Made by a program: the position numbers and the translations under genes. The notes under the pieces were generated by a model. That model was not told the origin of the DNA and searched no databases. It worked only from the letters and a program-made list of their open reading frames with translations. Shown here piece by piece: positions 28,637-37,902 of a stretch of 60,457 nt of DNA; position 1 is the stretch's first letter, and every line of letters starts with the position of its first letter. Origin of the DNA: a virus (Duplodnaviria; Caudoviricetes); IMG/VR virus record IMGVR_UViG_3300046747_000764, positions 1 to 60,457 of that record. The stretch is one strand, 5' to 3'.

Positions 28637-31039
28637 ATGAGCAGTCTGGCCGAATTACTGGAGCGAACCTCCGCGCACTATCTGCCGTATCTCGGACATA
28701 GCCCGAATCCGCGCACCGTCCTGATGGAGGACGGCTCCTTCTTGAGCATGGCCCGGATCAGGGGCGTACCGCATGAGCTCGCCAGCGCTAGCGAGCGCAA
28801 CGCGGCCGGCAAGTTCCTCAATTCACTGTGGCGGCAGATAGCCGACGACAGCATCACGCTGGGTCTGCATCTGGTGCGGTACCGAAGACAGGACCAGCTC
28901 CCGGTGCCGGTGTTCTCGAACAAGTTCGCGAAGAAATTTGACGAAGCGCATCGGCGGTACATTCTGGACGCGTTGTTCGCGAACGTATGGTTTCTGAGCA
29001 TCATCGCGAGCCCGCGGGTGCCGATGGGCAATCAAAAGCAGAGCGGTCGCGAGATGGCCAGGTTCATGGCGCGGTTGCGGAAGAGGAAGGAGCCGAACGA
29101 TCCGTATCGAGTTCAGATGGTCGATGATCTATGGACCACCATCTCACGCACGCTAGAGGGTTACGATCTTCGTCGCCTCGGCTTGCGTGAGCAGAGCGGT
29201 CTCTTTTTTAGCGAGATCGCCGAGGCGCTACGGTTGATCCTTTATTGCCGGTATCTCCCGGTCGGGTTGACCGATGGTCCGCTCGGCAGCGCGGTCTATA
29301 CCGACCGAGCGGTCTTTGAGCGGCGGCACTATCGGCTACTCCATCCCGGCGGCGTCCGCTACGGCGCGCTGTTTGGCTTGCGCGAGTACATGGCGAGCAC
29401 ACGACCGGGTCTGTTCGACGCCCTTCTCCCGCTCCGTATGCCCCTCGTGCTGTCGCAGAGCTTCGGCTATCTGCCGCGCCAGACCGCGATTCAACGGCTG
29501 GCGAGGAAGCAGAACCAGATGGTCGGATCGTCCGACCGGGCCTACGCGCAAATCGCCGATATGGACAATGCGCTAAGTGAAGTAGCCGGCGGAGAGGTGG
29601 CCAGAGGGTTCCACCATCTTTCGCTCGCGATCTATGGCGACACCTATACAGAGCTAGAGCAGAATTCCGGAGAGGCGCAGAGCGCTCTCGCGCAATCAGG
29701 CGCCGTCATAGCGCAAGAAAGCCTCGCGATAGAGGCCGCCTATTACGCACAGCTCCCTGGAAACTTGGAGTCGCGAGCCCGCCCCGGCGTGATCTCCACG
29801 CGAAACCTCGCCCACTTTGCCGATTTCGGATCCTTCCCAGAAGGCTCTCGCGAAGGACGCTGGGGACCAGCGATCATGCGCTTTAAGACGGTGGGGCACA
29901 CGGCTTACGACTACATCCCGCACGTCGACGACGTGGGCATGACGGCTATTTTCGGTAAAACCGGGAGCGGCAAAACGACCTGGTTAATGGCTGTCCTTGC
30001 CATGTTCGATCAGTGCATCGGACCGGACGGCGTCATCTTCTTCTTTGATCGCGATCGCGGCGGCGAGTTGCTGGTTCGGGCAGTTGGAGGAACCTACATC
30101 GAGATTCGCGCTGGCGAGCCGAGCGGTCTGGTGCCGCTAAGAGGTTTGCAAAATACGCCGGCCGATCGAGAGTTCTTTGAGCGGTGGGTCAAGGCACTCA
30201 TCATGAGCGACGATCACGGCCCTCTACCGCCGCAAGATGACGCGCGCATTTCTCGCGGCACGAAGGCGACCATGCGGATGCCCGTGGAGCTTCGAACCTT
30301 AGAGGGGTTTCGGCAATTTCTTGGATGGCGGGACCCGCAGGGGGCGGGGGCCAGGCTAGAGCGATGGTGCCGCGGCGGCGCGCTTGGCTGGGCCTTCGAT
30401 GGCGACGAAGATCTGGTGGCCATCCAGGCTCGTATGATAGCAGGGATCCGCATATTCGGCTTTGATCTGACTTCGATTCTAGACAATGACGAGGTGATCG
30501 CCCCAGCCGCTCAATACCTGCTATATCGGATTGGCGCGACAATAGACGGTCGCCGAGCGGTTGTTTCGCTGGACGAAGCCCAGGCGTATCTTGCTCATCC
30601 GGGCTTCCAGGAAATGACGGAGAACTTTCTCCGGCGTGGCCGCAAGAACAACACCGTCGTTTTCATCAGCACTCAGCAGCCGGAAGATCTGCTCGGCGAC
30701 GGCGACACGTTTGGCACGACCATCATCGAGCAATGCCTTACCAAGATCTCCTTCCGGAACGACACGGCCAATGAGGAAGTGTGGCGCGGGAAAATGAAAT
30801 ACACGGAAGGCGAATTCCGCGCCATATCCGAAGACATGCTGCCTGGGGCGCGCCAATGCCTTATAAAACGGCCAGACGGCTCGGTGATTTTAGACTATGA
30901 TCTCACGCCAATGCGCAAGTTCGTAGCCGTGTTGTCGGGGCGGCAAAACACGGTAAGATACGCAGAGAAGCTTCGCCAGCAAACGACCGATTGGGTAGAG
31001 CCGTTTATGGAAACCTACGAGACAGCAGCGAGGGATTGA
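28637..31039 (+). CDS. virB4: VirB4 ATPase
   Basis: Walker A GKTGSGKT, FFDRDRG, Walker B SLDEA, R.GRK.N, TQ motifs; start re-called at MSSLAELL. Confidence 0.95.
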   Translation: MSSLAELLERTSAHYLPYLGHSPNPRTVLMEDGSFLSMARIRGVPHELASASERNAAGKFLNSLWRQIADDSITLGLHLVRYRRQDQLPVPVFSNKFAKKFDEAHRRYILDALFANVWFLSIIASPRVPMGNQKQSGREMARFMARLRKRKEPNDPYRVQMVDDLWTTISRTLEGYDLRRLGLREQSGLFFSEIAEALRLILYCRYLPVGLTDGPLGSAVYTDRAVFERRHYRLLHPGGVRYGALFGLREYMASTRPGLFDALLPLRMPLVLSQSFGYLPRQTAIQRLARKQNQMVGSSDRAYAQIADMDNALSEVAGGEVARGFHHLSLAIYGDTYTELEQNSGEAQSALAQSGAVIAQESLAIEAAYYAQLPGNLESRARPGVISTRNLAHFADFGSFPEGSREGRWGPAIMRFKTVGHTAYDYIPHVDDVGMTAIFGKTGSGKTTWLMAVLAMFDQCIGPDGVIFFFDRDRGGELLVRAVGGTYIEIRAGEPSGLVPLRGLQNTPADREFFERWVKALIMSDDHGPLPPQDDARISRGTKATMRMPVELRTLEGFRQFLGWRDPQGAGARLERWCRGGALGWAFDGDEDLVAIQARMIAGIRIFGFDLTSILDNDEVIAPAAQYLLYRIGATIDGRRAVVSLDEAQAYLAHPGFQEMTENFLRRGRKNNTVVFISTQQPEDLLGDGDTFGTTIIEQCLTKISFRNDTANEEVWRGKMKYTEGEFRAISEDMLPGARQCLIKRPDGSVILDYDLTPMRKFVAVLSGRQNTVRYAEKLRQQTTDWVEPFMETYETAARD

Positions 31040-31041
31040 TA

Positions 31042-31245
31042 GTGGCCAGACTACGGCAGATTATCAAAGATCTCCTCGTCGCCACAGCAGGAGTTATCCT
31101 GGTCACGTATGTTGCGACTATTATTTTTGTGGTAGTTTATGGCGTGTGGCACCGCTGGGATGCGGTGTTTTGGTCGGCTCTAATGGGCGTCATAGCGTTC
31201 GCAGGATGGTGGTTTAGACCACGGAAACGGGAGAATGGAAAATGA
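31042..31245 (+). CDS. Small two-TM membrane protein
   Basis: Hydrophobic ORF after virB4; GTG start inferred. Confidence 0.5.
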   Translation: MARLRQIIKDLLVATAGVILVTYVATIIFVVVYGVWHRWDAVFWSALMGVIAFAGWWFRPRKRENGK

Positions 31246-31457
31246 AACAGCTGATCCGATTCGCCCTCATTATTGGGATCGCGGTATTCTCGTCCCCGGC
31301 GTTTTCGGCCACGTGCTGCCAGCCAAGCAGCTACTATAACTGGGGCCGCGTCCAGCAGCAGAATCAGGCGGCTCGCCTGCGCGGAATACAGCAGCAGCAG
31401 CGCCTCTGCCGCAGCATCGCCGCTAGCGGCCGGCATGTCATGTGGAGTGGGTGCTAA
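31242..31457 (+). CDS. Small exported Cys/Gln-rich peptide
   Basis: Signal peptide ending AFSA, 4 Cys, GGAG RBS, ATGA coupling. Confidence 0.55.
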   Translation: MKQLIRFALIIGIAVFSSPAFSATCCQPSSYYNWGRVQQQNQAARLRGIQQQQRLCRSIAASGRHVMWSGC

Positions 31458-31938
31458 TGATGCCGTGGATCTTGTTTGTATCCGTCGCGATCTGCCTCTT
31501 TGGAGTGGTAGCGATGATCTTATCAGTTAGTCCGCCGTGGAGGACGATTTGGTCAGCTGTTGCCGGATCGTCGCTTGCTGTAATGGCAATTCATTTCATA
31601 CTTCAGCAGTGGTGATCGGAGCAGCGTAAAATGTTTATCGCCCGCCGCATGGGTCGCCGTCGCCGCTGGTCTATCGGCGCCAACGTCAGCTTTATGACGC
31701 TGCTGCTTTACCTCCTAATCGGCGGCCTCGTCCTCTACAGCATCGCCACCAAGGTGCAGCTATGAAAGGTGTCGTATTGTTCTTGTCGGCATATCTTGTC
31801 GGAGTGCTCTTCACGGCATTGTATTTTACCATGGCCACTCACCCGTCTGCGCTAAACTATTGTGCTGGCTCAATGATAGGCGCGCTATTGTTCTTGGCCT
31901 GCAAACGTCTGCTTCAGAGATTCAAGGTGACGCTATGA
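31457..31938 (+). CDS. Three consecutive tiny membrane ORFs (31457-31615, 31631-31765, 31762-31938), not in ORF track
   Basis: Manual translations MMPWILFV..., MFIARRMG..., MKGVVLFL...; TAATG/ATGA overlaps. Confidence 0.5.
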
Positions 31939-32711
31939 AACGGCTATTGATCGCGGGCGTAGCGGCCATTTCGCTGAGCACCTCTACTGCTCGCGCTGAT
32001 CTGCCGGTTGTCGACTTCACCGCTGTCGGCAAGCTGCTGGAGTCGATCGGCATCGAGGGCGCCCAGCTCGATGAGATGGTGGCCACATTCGAGGAGATCG
32101 TCCAGGTCTATACGATGGTCACGAACGTCTGGAACTCGGTCGCGGAGGTCGTTGGTACAGATCAGTGGGCGCCCGGCCTCAATGATCCCGGGCAACGCAA
32201 CCCGTTGCCCTTCGCAGCGGCGGACCATCCCGGCTGGGTCGGAGGATACAACGACCCGAGCGGCATACCGTTCGGTGGCCAGTATCTCTCGCAAAACACC
32301 GTGGGCGGCGATCTCTCTGTCTATAAGGGCGGCGACTTTGTCGGCTCGGAGCTCCTAAGGGGCATCCAGTCCGTGTCGTCGATGCAGGCCGTTGCCAGCA
32401 ACCATGTCCAATCCATCGAGACCAGGCTAATAGGGATAGTTGATTTATTCTCCCATCTCTCCGGCATCGCCACGATACAGGAAACCGACAGCCTGTCGGC
32501 GCGGCTCCATACCGAGCTGAACATCGCGCAATCGCAGCAGGTGCAGGCTCAGCAGGTTATGGCTGCGGCGCAGCTCCAGAGGGACGCCCGCGAGAACAAT
32601 CAGCACCAGTGGCTCTACCAGGATGAGATCAACGGAATTGTAGCGGCATGCGGCTCGGCGGCGTCAGCGGCCTCATTTATAACCATCCCAGCATGTGCCG
32701 CGGGAAAATGA
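31935..32711 (+). CDS. virB5: VirB5 minor pilin
   Basis: Signal peptide MKRLLIAG, PVVD motif, Q-rich helices, D.LSAR..E. Confidence 0.75.
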   Translation: MKRLLIAGVAAISLSTSTARADLPVVDFTAVGKLLESIGIEGAQLDEMVATFEEIVQVYTMVTNVWNSVAEVVGTDQWAPGLNDPGQRNPLPFAAADHPGWVGGYNDPSGIPFGGQYLSQNTVGGDLSVYKGGDFVGSELLRGIQSVSSMQAVASNHVQSIETRLIGIVDLFSHLSGIATIQETDSLSARLHTELNIAQSQQVQAQQVMAAAQLQRDARENNQHQWLYQDEINGIVAACGSAASAASFITIPACAAGK

Positions 32712-33019
32712 TCAGATTTGCCCTGCCCTTCGCCGTCGGTCTCACCATCGCATCGGCTGCGTTCGCGCAAGCGGGCGAGTTGCAATCAATAGCGCGCCAA
32801 TGTGCCGAGGAGATAGAGGAGGAAGCTGGGTGCACGACGGCCTGCACTAACGAAACGTGGCCGGCAGTAGCCAGGTGCGTAAACGCGAAACTCAAGACCC
32901 CCATGGCGCATGGCATAATCGAACGGTGCATTCGCCAGACGCAGAAAACCCGGCCAGCGACGGCATGTCAGCTTTGCGGTGACCCTGTCGCTGAAGTCTT
33001 CTTATGTGCCGACGGATAA
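32708..33019 (+). CDS. Exported Cys-rich small protein in the slot between virB5 and virB6
   Basis: Signal peptide ending AFA, 8 Cys, ATGA overlap. Confidence 0.55.
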   Translation: MIRFALPFAVGLTIASAAFAQAGELQSIARQCAEEIEEEAGCTTACTNETWPAVARCVNAKLKTPMAHGIIERCIRQTQKTRPATACQLCGDPVAEVFLCADG

Positions 33020-34485
33020 TCCTCGCCATAGCCGCGCTCGGCATACTTTATCCGGCCTTAGCGCGCGGCCAGGGTATAAACCCGCTGCCGTTGATTATAC
33101 AGGACGAGAGCAGCGGAAACCCAACAGCTCAATCGAAGTCCAGCACCGCGAGCGGCTTGGCGGGAGATATCAATTCGACCTGGGGGGCGGCCCTAGCCGC
33201 CTGCGGATCTTGCGGCACCCTTACACAGTTTCCGACAGCCGCCTCGGCACCCGCATCGGTCCAGGTAGCCGCTAATAACGCGCTCATCAACACCCAAGGC
33301 TTGCAGCCTTGGCTTTGCGCGAATTGCGACTCCAAATTCGCGGCTCAGGTCGCAGCTGCGGGCGGACCCAGCGCATTTCAGACCAGCGGTCTCGACACCA
33401 ACCCGGCTAACTTTTCCGCACTAGATGAGTCGTCCGGCCTAAACAGTTTCGTCGCTAGTGGGGGTACGCCTCTCTCAACCGGTGGCCTCGGGGCTGGAAC
33501 GGTATTTGCGGACGGCACCACGCTCTCGGCCGGCTCCAGCCCGACCAGCCCCCCGGCCGCCAGCCCGAGCGCTAGCGCTCTGCCGTTTCAGTGGGTGTAC
33601 AACACGGTAATCAACGGCATCATGGGCCAAGTCGACACCAGCATTCAGACGGTGGAATCGCTGGTCAGCGGCCCCGCTACCACGATCCTGGCGCTGGCGA
33701 TAGCGATCATGGGCATCATGACGCTGTTCGGCAACATGGACATGTCCGTGTTCATCTCGTTCGCGATTCGCGCGGCGATCGTCATGGCGTTCATCCAAGT
33801 GGGCAACACGTATTACAGCCAGTGGATCGAAGGCTTCGTTTTGGGGCTGCCGGACTATTTCGCGAATGCCTTTTCCCTAACCGGCACAGGCGGCTCACCA
33901 AGTCAGCTTTTCGATGGAGCGATGAACGGATGGGTAGCCGATGCCCTCAGCGTCTGGCATTCAGCACCATGGACGTTCAAGGCAATTTTCATTGGGCTGA
34001 TCCTGGCCCTGACCACCATTCTGATCGTCATACCGTCGCTGGTGGCGATGTTCACGGTGTGGATGATCAGCACATTCCTGCTGCTCGTCATGCTGACGAT
34101 AGGGCCGCTGATGATCCTGGCGCTGCTATTCAGGACGACGCATCGTTTCCTTCACGGCTACGTCAACGTGATGGTCACCGGCATAATCTTTGCGCTCGTT
34201 GTCGATATCGTGCTTGGTATTTTTTCGAGCATCTTGACCCAGGTGATGGGCATGTTCACCCCGACCGGCTCTCCCGACACAGACCTACCAGGCATCTTTG
34301 GTATTGCTATAACTATGCTGATCACGGGGCTGTCAATGAGCCGACTACCGAGAATGGTCGAAGCAATCGGGGGTGGCGTCGCCGTGAGTATGGACACAGC
34401 AGGTCGTTTCGTTGCGGGCGGATTCGCGGCAGACGCCGCCAGCGCCGCCGCAGGTACAGCAGGTGCAGCAGCGAGGGCGCTATGA
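33004..34485 (+). CDS. virB6: VirB6/TrbL with N-terminal transglycosylase-like domain
   Basis: C-terminal polytopic region (GPL.I..LLF..T.R); N-terminal signal peptide plus ESSGN..A...STASGL...STW..AP..VQ..G.QPW.C. Confidence 0.85.
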   Translation: MCRRIILAIAALGILYPALARGQGINPLPLIIQDESSGNPTAQSKSSTASGLAGDINSTWGAALAACGSCGTLTQFPTAASAPASVQVAANNALINTQGLQPWLCANCDSKFAAQVAAAGGPSAFQTSGLDTNPANFSALDESSGLNSFVASGGTPLSTGGLGAGTVFADGTTLSAGSSPTSPPAASPSASALPFQWVYNTVINGIMGQVDTSIQTVESLVSGPATTILALAIAIMGIMTLFGNMDMSVFISFAIRAAIVMAFIQVGNTYYSQWIEGFVLGLPDYFANAFSLTGTGGSPSQLFDGAMNGWVADALSVWHSAPWTFKAIFIGLILALTTILIVIPSLVAMFTVWMISTFLLLVMLTIGPLMILALLFRTTHRFLHGYVNVMVTGIIFALVVDIVLGIFSSILTQVMGMFTPTGSPDTDLPGIFGIAITMLITGLSMSRLPRMVEAIGGGVAVSMDTAGRFVAGGFAADAASAAAGTAGAAARAL

Positions 34486-34727
34486 AAATGGAAGAGATGG
34501 CGGAAAAATTCATGCGAAAAATCCGCGGCACAGAGAATCCCATGGTCCCCTTTTGGAGCACTCTTTTATGGAGTGTGATTATTATTGCGCTCACGGTCTA
34601 TCTATCTGGGTGCTCAGCCGGGGAACCGCTGCCTCCGATAGAGGGGCCGTGGTATCAACTTAATTCGGACCGGTGGCAGCCGAACGAGGCTGAGCTTCAA
34701 CAGATAAAGGGGTTGCCAGAAAAATGA
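34482..34727 (+). CDS. virB7: VirB7 lipoprotein
   Basis: Lipobox LSGC; GP...LN..RWQP as in Agrobacterium-type VirB7; ATGA overlap with virB6. Confidence 0.75.
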   Translation: MKMEEMAEKFMRKIRGTENPMVPFWSTLLWSVIIIALTVYLSGCSAGEPLPPIEGPWYQLNSDRWQPNEAELQQIKGLPEK

Positions 34728-34903
34728 TTGGCGCTAACTTACGGATGGTCGCGGGTGTGATTCTATTTATCGGCTTAGCATACCCAGCTACGTATTTATT
34801 CCTAAGAGCAGGGGCGTATCCTGCTTGGCACTTATGGTGCCAGTTTTCTCAAGGCGACCCGGTGTGTAACTCCTTCTGGTCGTGGGTGGTGTCGTTGAAA
34901 TGA
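34724..34903 (+). CDS. Small membrane protein (not in ORF track)
   Basis: MIGANLRMVAGVILFIGLAYP...; ATGA overlaps at both ends. Confidence 0.55.
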   Translation: MIGANLRMVAGVILFIGLAYPATYLFLRAGAYPAWHLWCQFSQGDPVCNSFWSWVVSLK

Positions 34904-35598
34904 GCGACATCGTCGGCGATTTCCGCGCTCTACCAATCCTCGACCCGGAGCGCGAGCAGTACCATAAGAGCGTCCGGAGCTTTCAGGCGCACCGGGTCAT
35001 TGATACGCAGCGGCGGCTTCGCACGTGGTTCTGGATGGCCATCGGCGCCTTCGTATTGGCGGGATCTCTCGCCGGAGCCGTCGTGTTGCTGTTACCCCTA
35101 AAAACCACCGTGCCGCTATTCCTGGTGATCCGGGAGGATGGCACCGTCGACACGGGCATCTCTCTCGGAGATCTCGGCGCGAACCAGGCTCAGAAAGTGA
35201 TCCGCGCTTCGGTATGGCGCTATGTCGAGGAGCGCGAGAGCTACACCTTTTCGGACGCCAAACACCGCTATGACCTGATCAGCCTCATGTCGAACGAGAA
35301 CGTAAGGCGAGACTATCAAAGCTGGTTTGTTAATTCAGCAGACAGCCCGCAAAAGGTGTTTGGGAAAAACGGGCAGGTCTCCGTCCAGGAGATCAGCATG
35401 TCGCCAGTGCGAGACGGCGTCTTCCTGGTGCGGTTCTGGCGTTACTCGCACCTTTATGGCGAGAAGGATCGGAAGAGCAGCGCCACTGCCACGGTCGAAT
35501 ATGAGCTTCTTAATGCGGCGCCGGCGTCTCTGGTCTTAGAGGACCCGGCAGCACTTATCGTCGTCCGCTACCAGCTTGAGGAAAACACCGCCCAATGA
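34900..35598 (+). CDS. virB8: VirB8
   Basis: TM followed by LLPLK..VP, YV..RESY, SP...G. Confidence 0.9.
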   Translation: MSDIVGDFRALPILDPEREQYHKSVRSFQAHRVIDTQRRLRTWFWMAIGAFVLAGSLAGAVVLLLPLKTTVPLFLVIREDGTVDTGISLGDLGANQAQKVIRASVWRYVEERESYTFSDAKHRYDLISLMSNENVRRDYQSWFVNSADSPQKVFGKNGQVSVQEISMSPVRDGVFLVRFWRYSHLYGEKDRKSSATATVEYELLNAAPASLVLEDPAALIVVRYQLEENTAQ

Positions 35599-36782
35599 AA
35601 TCAGCTCTTTGCATGACAGCGTTGGCGATGGTCCTGGCCTCTCCTGCGATAGCGATGCAGGAATGCACGCCCGCGAAAGAAGACGCCAGGATCAGGTATT
35701 GCAAATATAGCCCGACCCAGGTCTATCACCTATGGACCGCCCCAGGCGGAATCATGACGATCCAGTTTGCCGACAACGAAAGCGTTCCCGAAGGAAACGT
35801 GGCGGCGACAGATGGTAGTCGGCTTGAGCGCAAAGCGCGTGGCAACTTTCTTTATTTGAAATCCACATCAAAAGGCGGCGACACGCCGTGCATGATCCCG
35901 GAGCCGTTGCTGATAACCACAAAACTTCCGGACGGCCGGCTTCGCCCGTATCATTTCCAGATTGAAACAAAGCCGAACGATTGCTCCAAAACTCCCGCGG
36001 CGCGGCCACAGTCAGAGCCGCCGATATCCATGGTATCGACAGCAGACGCCGCCCCGAAACCTCCGCACGCTGGTAATCTACGGTACGTCGAAGAGAACGG
36101 TCTGGCGGCCGGGGCCGACGTTTTCTATGCGGCGATCTTCCAATACCCCGCCGATGACGCGGCAAAGCGAGCGGCGTGGGCTCGTCAGCGCGCGATAGAA
36201 GCGCAGCGGCAAGAGGCCAATCTGCTACTCAAGCAGCAAACATCCTGGCCCTACGGGAACCAGTTCGACGGCTCGTGGAACTTCCGATATGTGGCTCACG
36301 GCAGCCTATCTCCGGCACCCACGACGGTCAGAGACAACGGCTACGAGACTGTCTTCCTGTTCCCACAGATGCAGCGGGTGCCGGCGCTTTTCCGCCTACA
36401 GCCCGGCGTGACCCGGTGCAACCGCGAGCACGATGACCATAACGAGGCCACCGAAATCCCAAGCATGCACCGGAGCGGATCAGACGGCGACACGATGATA
36501 GCCACCGGGGTTGCGCAAGGATGGTGCCTGCGAGATGGCAAAACGGTGCTCGAGATCCTGAATTTCGCTTACCGACCGACCGGCGCGACACCAGCAACCG
36601 GCACGGTCTCGCCATACGTCACGCGGACACTAAAGCACGATCCGGAGCCCGAGCCTGAGCGGCCACCGCCTATGCCGCTAGAACCTCAGCACTCTCAGGA
36701 GGCGCCGCCGCCGCAGCAAGAGCCGATGCGTGTTCAACCAGCAGCCGATAGGGAAGGAGCTACACCGAGCGATGGCCGTTGA
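35595..36782 (+). CDS. virB9: VirB9/TrbG
   Basis: D.RIR...Y.P..VY, N.LYLK, F.YP, NFRY, P..V.DNG..T, LRDG. Confidence 0.88.
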   Translation: MKSALCMTALAMVLASPAIAMQECTPAKEDARIRYCKYSPTQVYHLWTAPGGIMTIQFADNESVPEGNVAATDGSRLERKARGNFLYLKSTSKGGDTPCMIPEPLLITTKLPDGRLRPYHFQIETKPNDCSKTPAARPQSEPPISMVSTADAAPKPPHAGNLRYVEENGLAAGADVFYAAIFQYPADDAAKRAAWARQRAIEAQRQEANLLLKQQTSWPYGNQFDGSWNFRYVAHGSLSPAPTTVRDNGYETVFLFPQMQRVPALFRLQPGVTRCNREHDDHNEATEIPSMHRSGSDGDTMIATGVAQGWCLRDGKTVLEILNFAYRPTGATPATGTVSPYVTRTLKHDPEPEPERPPPMPLEPQHSQEAPPPQQEPMRVQPAADREGATPSDGR

Positions 36783-37902
36783 TCAGGACGGGATTTCTCC
36801 CGCTCGCCGCCGCCCTCCGATCACCGGTCGGCAGCGGCTCTGGATAATCCTAATAATTATGGCTGGCGTCGTGCTTGCGATCGCGATGACCGGTCTGCTG
36901 GGCTCGAAACACAAGCGGCCAGACACGACGGGGGCCCACAATTTCTCCGGCGGCATACCCTATAGCCAACCGGTAGAGGCTAAACCTGCGGTGGCCAAGG
37001 CTATGCCGCATATCGACAAACCGGCGGTGGCCAAGCAGTTGACCAACCTCGCCCCCTCCAAAGATACCGCGCTCGAAGCACCGATCTTTGCGACATCGGG
37101 GCAGGGCTATTCGGGTCGGACGGATGCTTCGAGAGCGGGAGGGGCCGGCGGAGGCAATGGTGAAAAGGACGACGAGTTCACTTCAGCGATGACCGCGTCG
37201 AGCGTAGGGGCCGCGGCAAAAGCTCACCGCATGAAACATCCGTCGCTGACGATCCCAGCGGGCGTGGTCATACCATGCAGCTTGCAAACAGCGATAAACA
37301 GCGAATTGCTCGGCTTTGTCGACTGTCAGCTTGCGTCAGCAGTGAGTAGTGCCGATGGGGCGGTCACTCTTATGGACAAGGGGACGCAGGTCATGGGGCA
37401 AATCCGCTCGGGCCTGCGACGCGGCCAGGAGCGGCTATTCATCCTCTGGGTTAGAGCCCGGACGCCGGAAAACGTGACAGTCAATTTAGCGTCGCCAGCC
37501 GCGGACGAACTCGGACGTTCTGGGGTTCCTGGCGCCGTAAACAACCATTTTGCCAAGATGTTCTGGACCGCCGCGGCATATTCCTTGATCCAATACGGCC
37601 CGCAAATGGCCACACAAGCCATCGCGAACCAGGGCCACAATGGCAGCAACAATTCGTTCAGCAACTTCGGGACATTCCTGACTCCGCAGCAGCAGCTGGC
37701 CAACACGGTACTTCAGGAAGACCTAAAAATCCCGCCAACTCTTGAGAAGAATCAGGGCGACATCGTGAGCATTTTCGTGGCGCGTGACCTCGATTTCAGC
37801 GGCGTCTTTGATCTTCAAATGGCCGGCCACTCGACCGGAACCTGCAACGATTGCCCGCTCGCAACGTGGACCACCGAGCGAGATCTGAGGAGGAATCGGT
37901 GA
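36772..37902 (+). CDS. virB10: VirB10/TrbI
   Basis: G..IPC.LQTAINS.L.G, R.F..W.R, DELG..G..G.V.NH, IPPT...NQG..I.VARDLDF. Confidence 0.93.
   Translation: MAVDQDGISPARRRPPITGRQRLWIILIIMAGVVLAIAMTGLLGSKHKRPDTTGAHNFSGGIPYSQPVEAKPAVAKAMPHIDKPAVAKQLTNLAPSKDTALEAPIFATSGQGYSGRTDASRAGGAGGGNGEKDDEFTSAMTASSVGAAAKAHRMKHPSLTIPAGVVIPCSLQTAINSELLGFVDCQLASAVSSADGAVTLMDKGTQVMGQIRSGLRRGQERLFILWVRARTPENVTVNLASPAADELGRSGVPGAVNNHFAKMFWTAAAYSLIQYGPQMATQAIANQGHNGSNNSFSNFGTFLTPQQQLANTVLQEDLKIPPTLEKNQGDIVSIFVARDLDFSGVFDLQMAGHSTGTCNDCPLATWTTERDLRRNR

Noticed and set aside
33591-34481. 378-aa ORF overlapping virB6
   Set aside because: Alternate-frame read-through; only the last 81 codons (VirB7, from 34482) look real.
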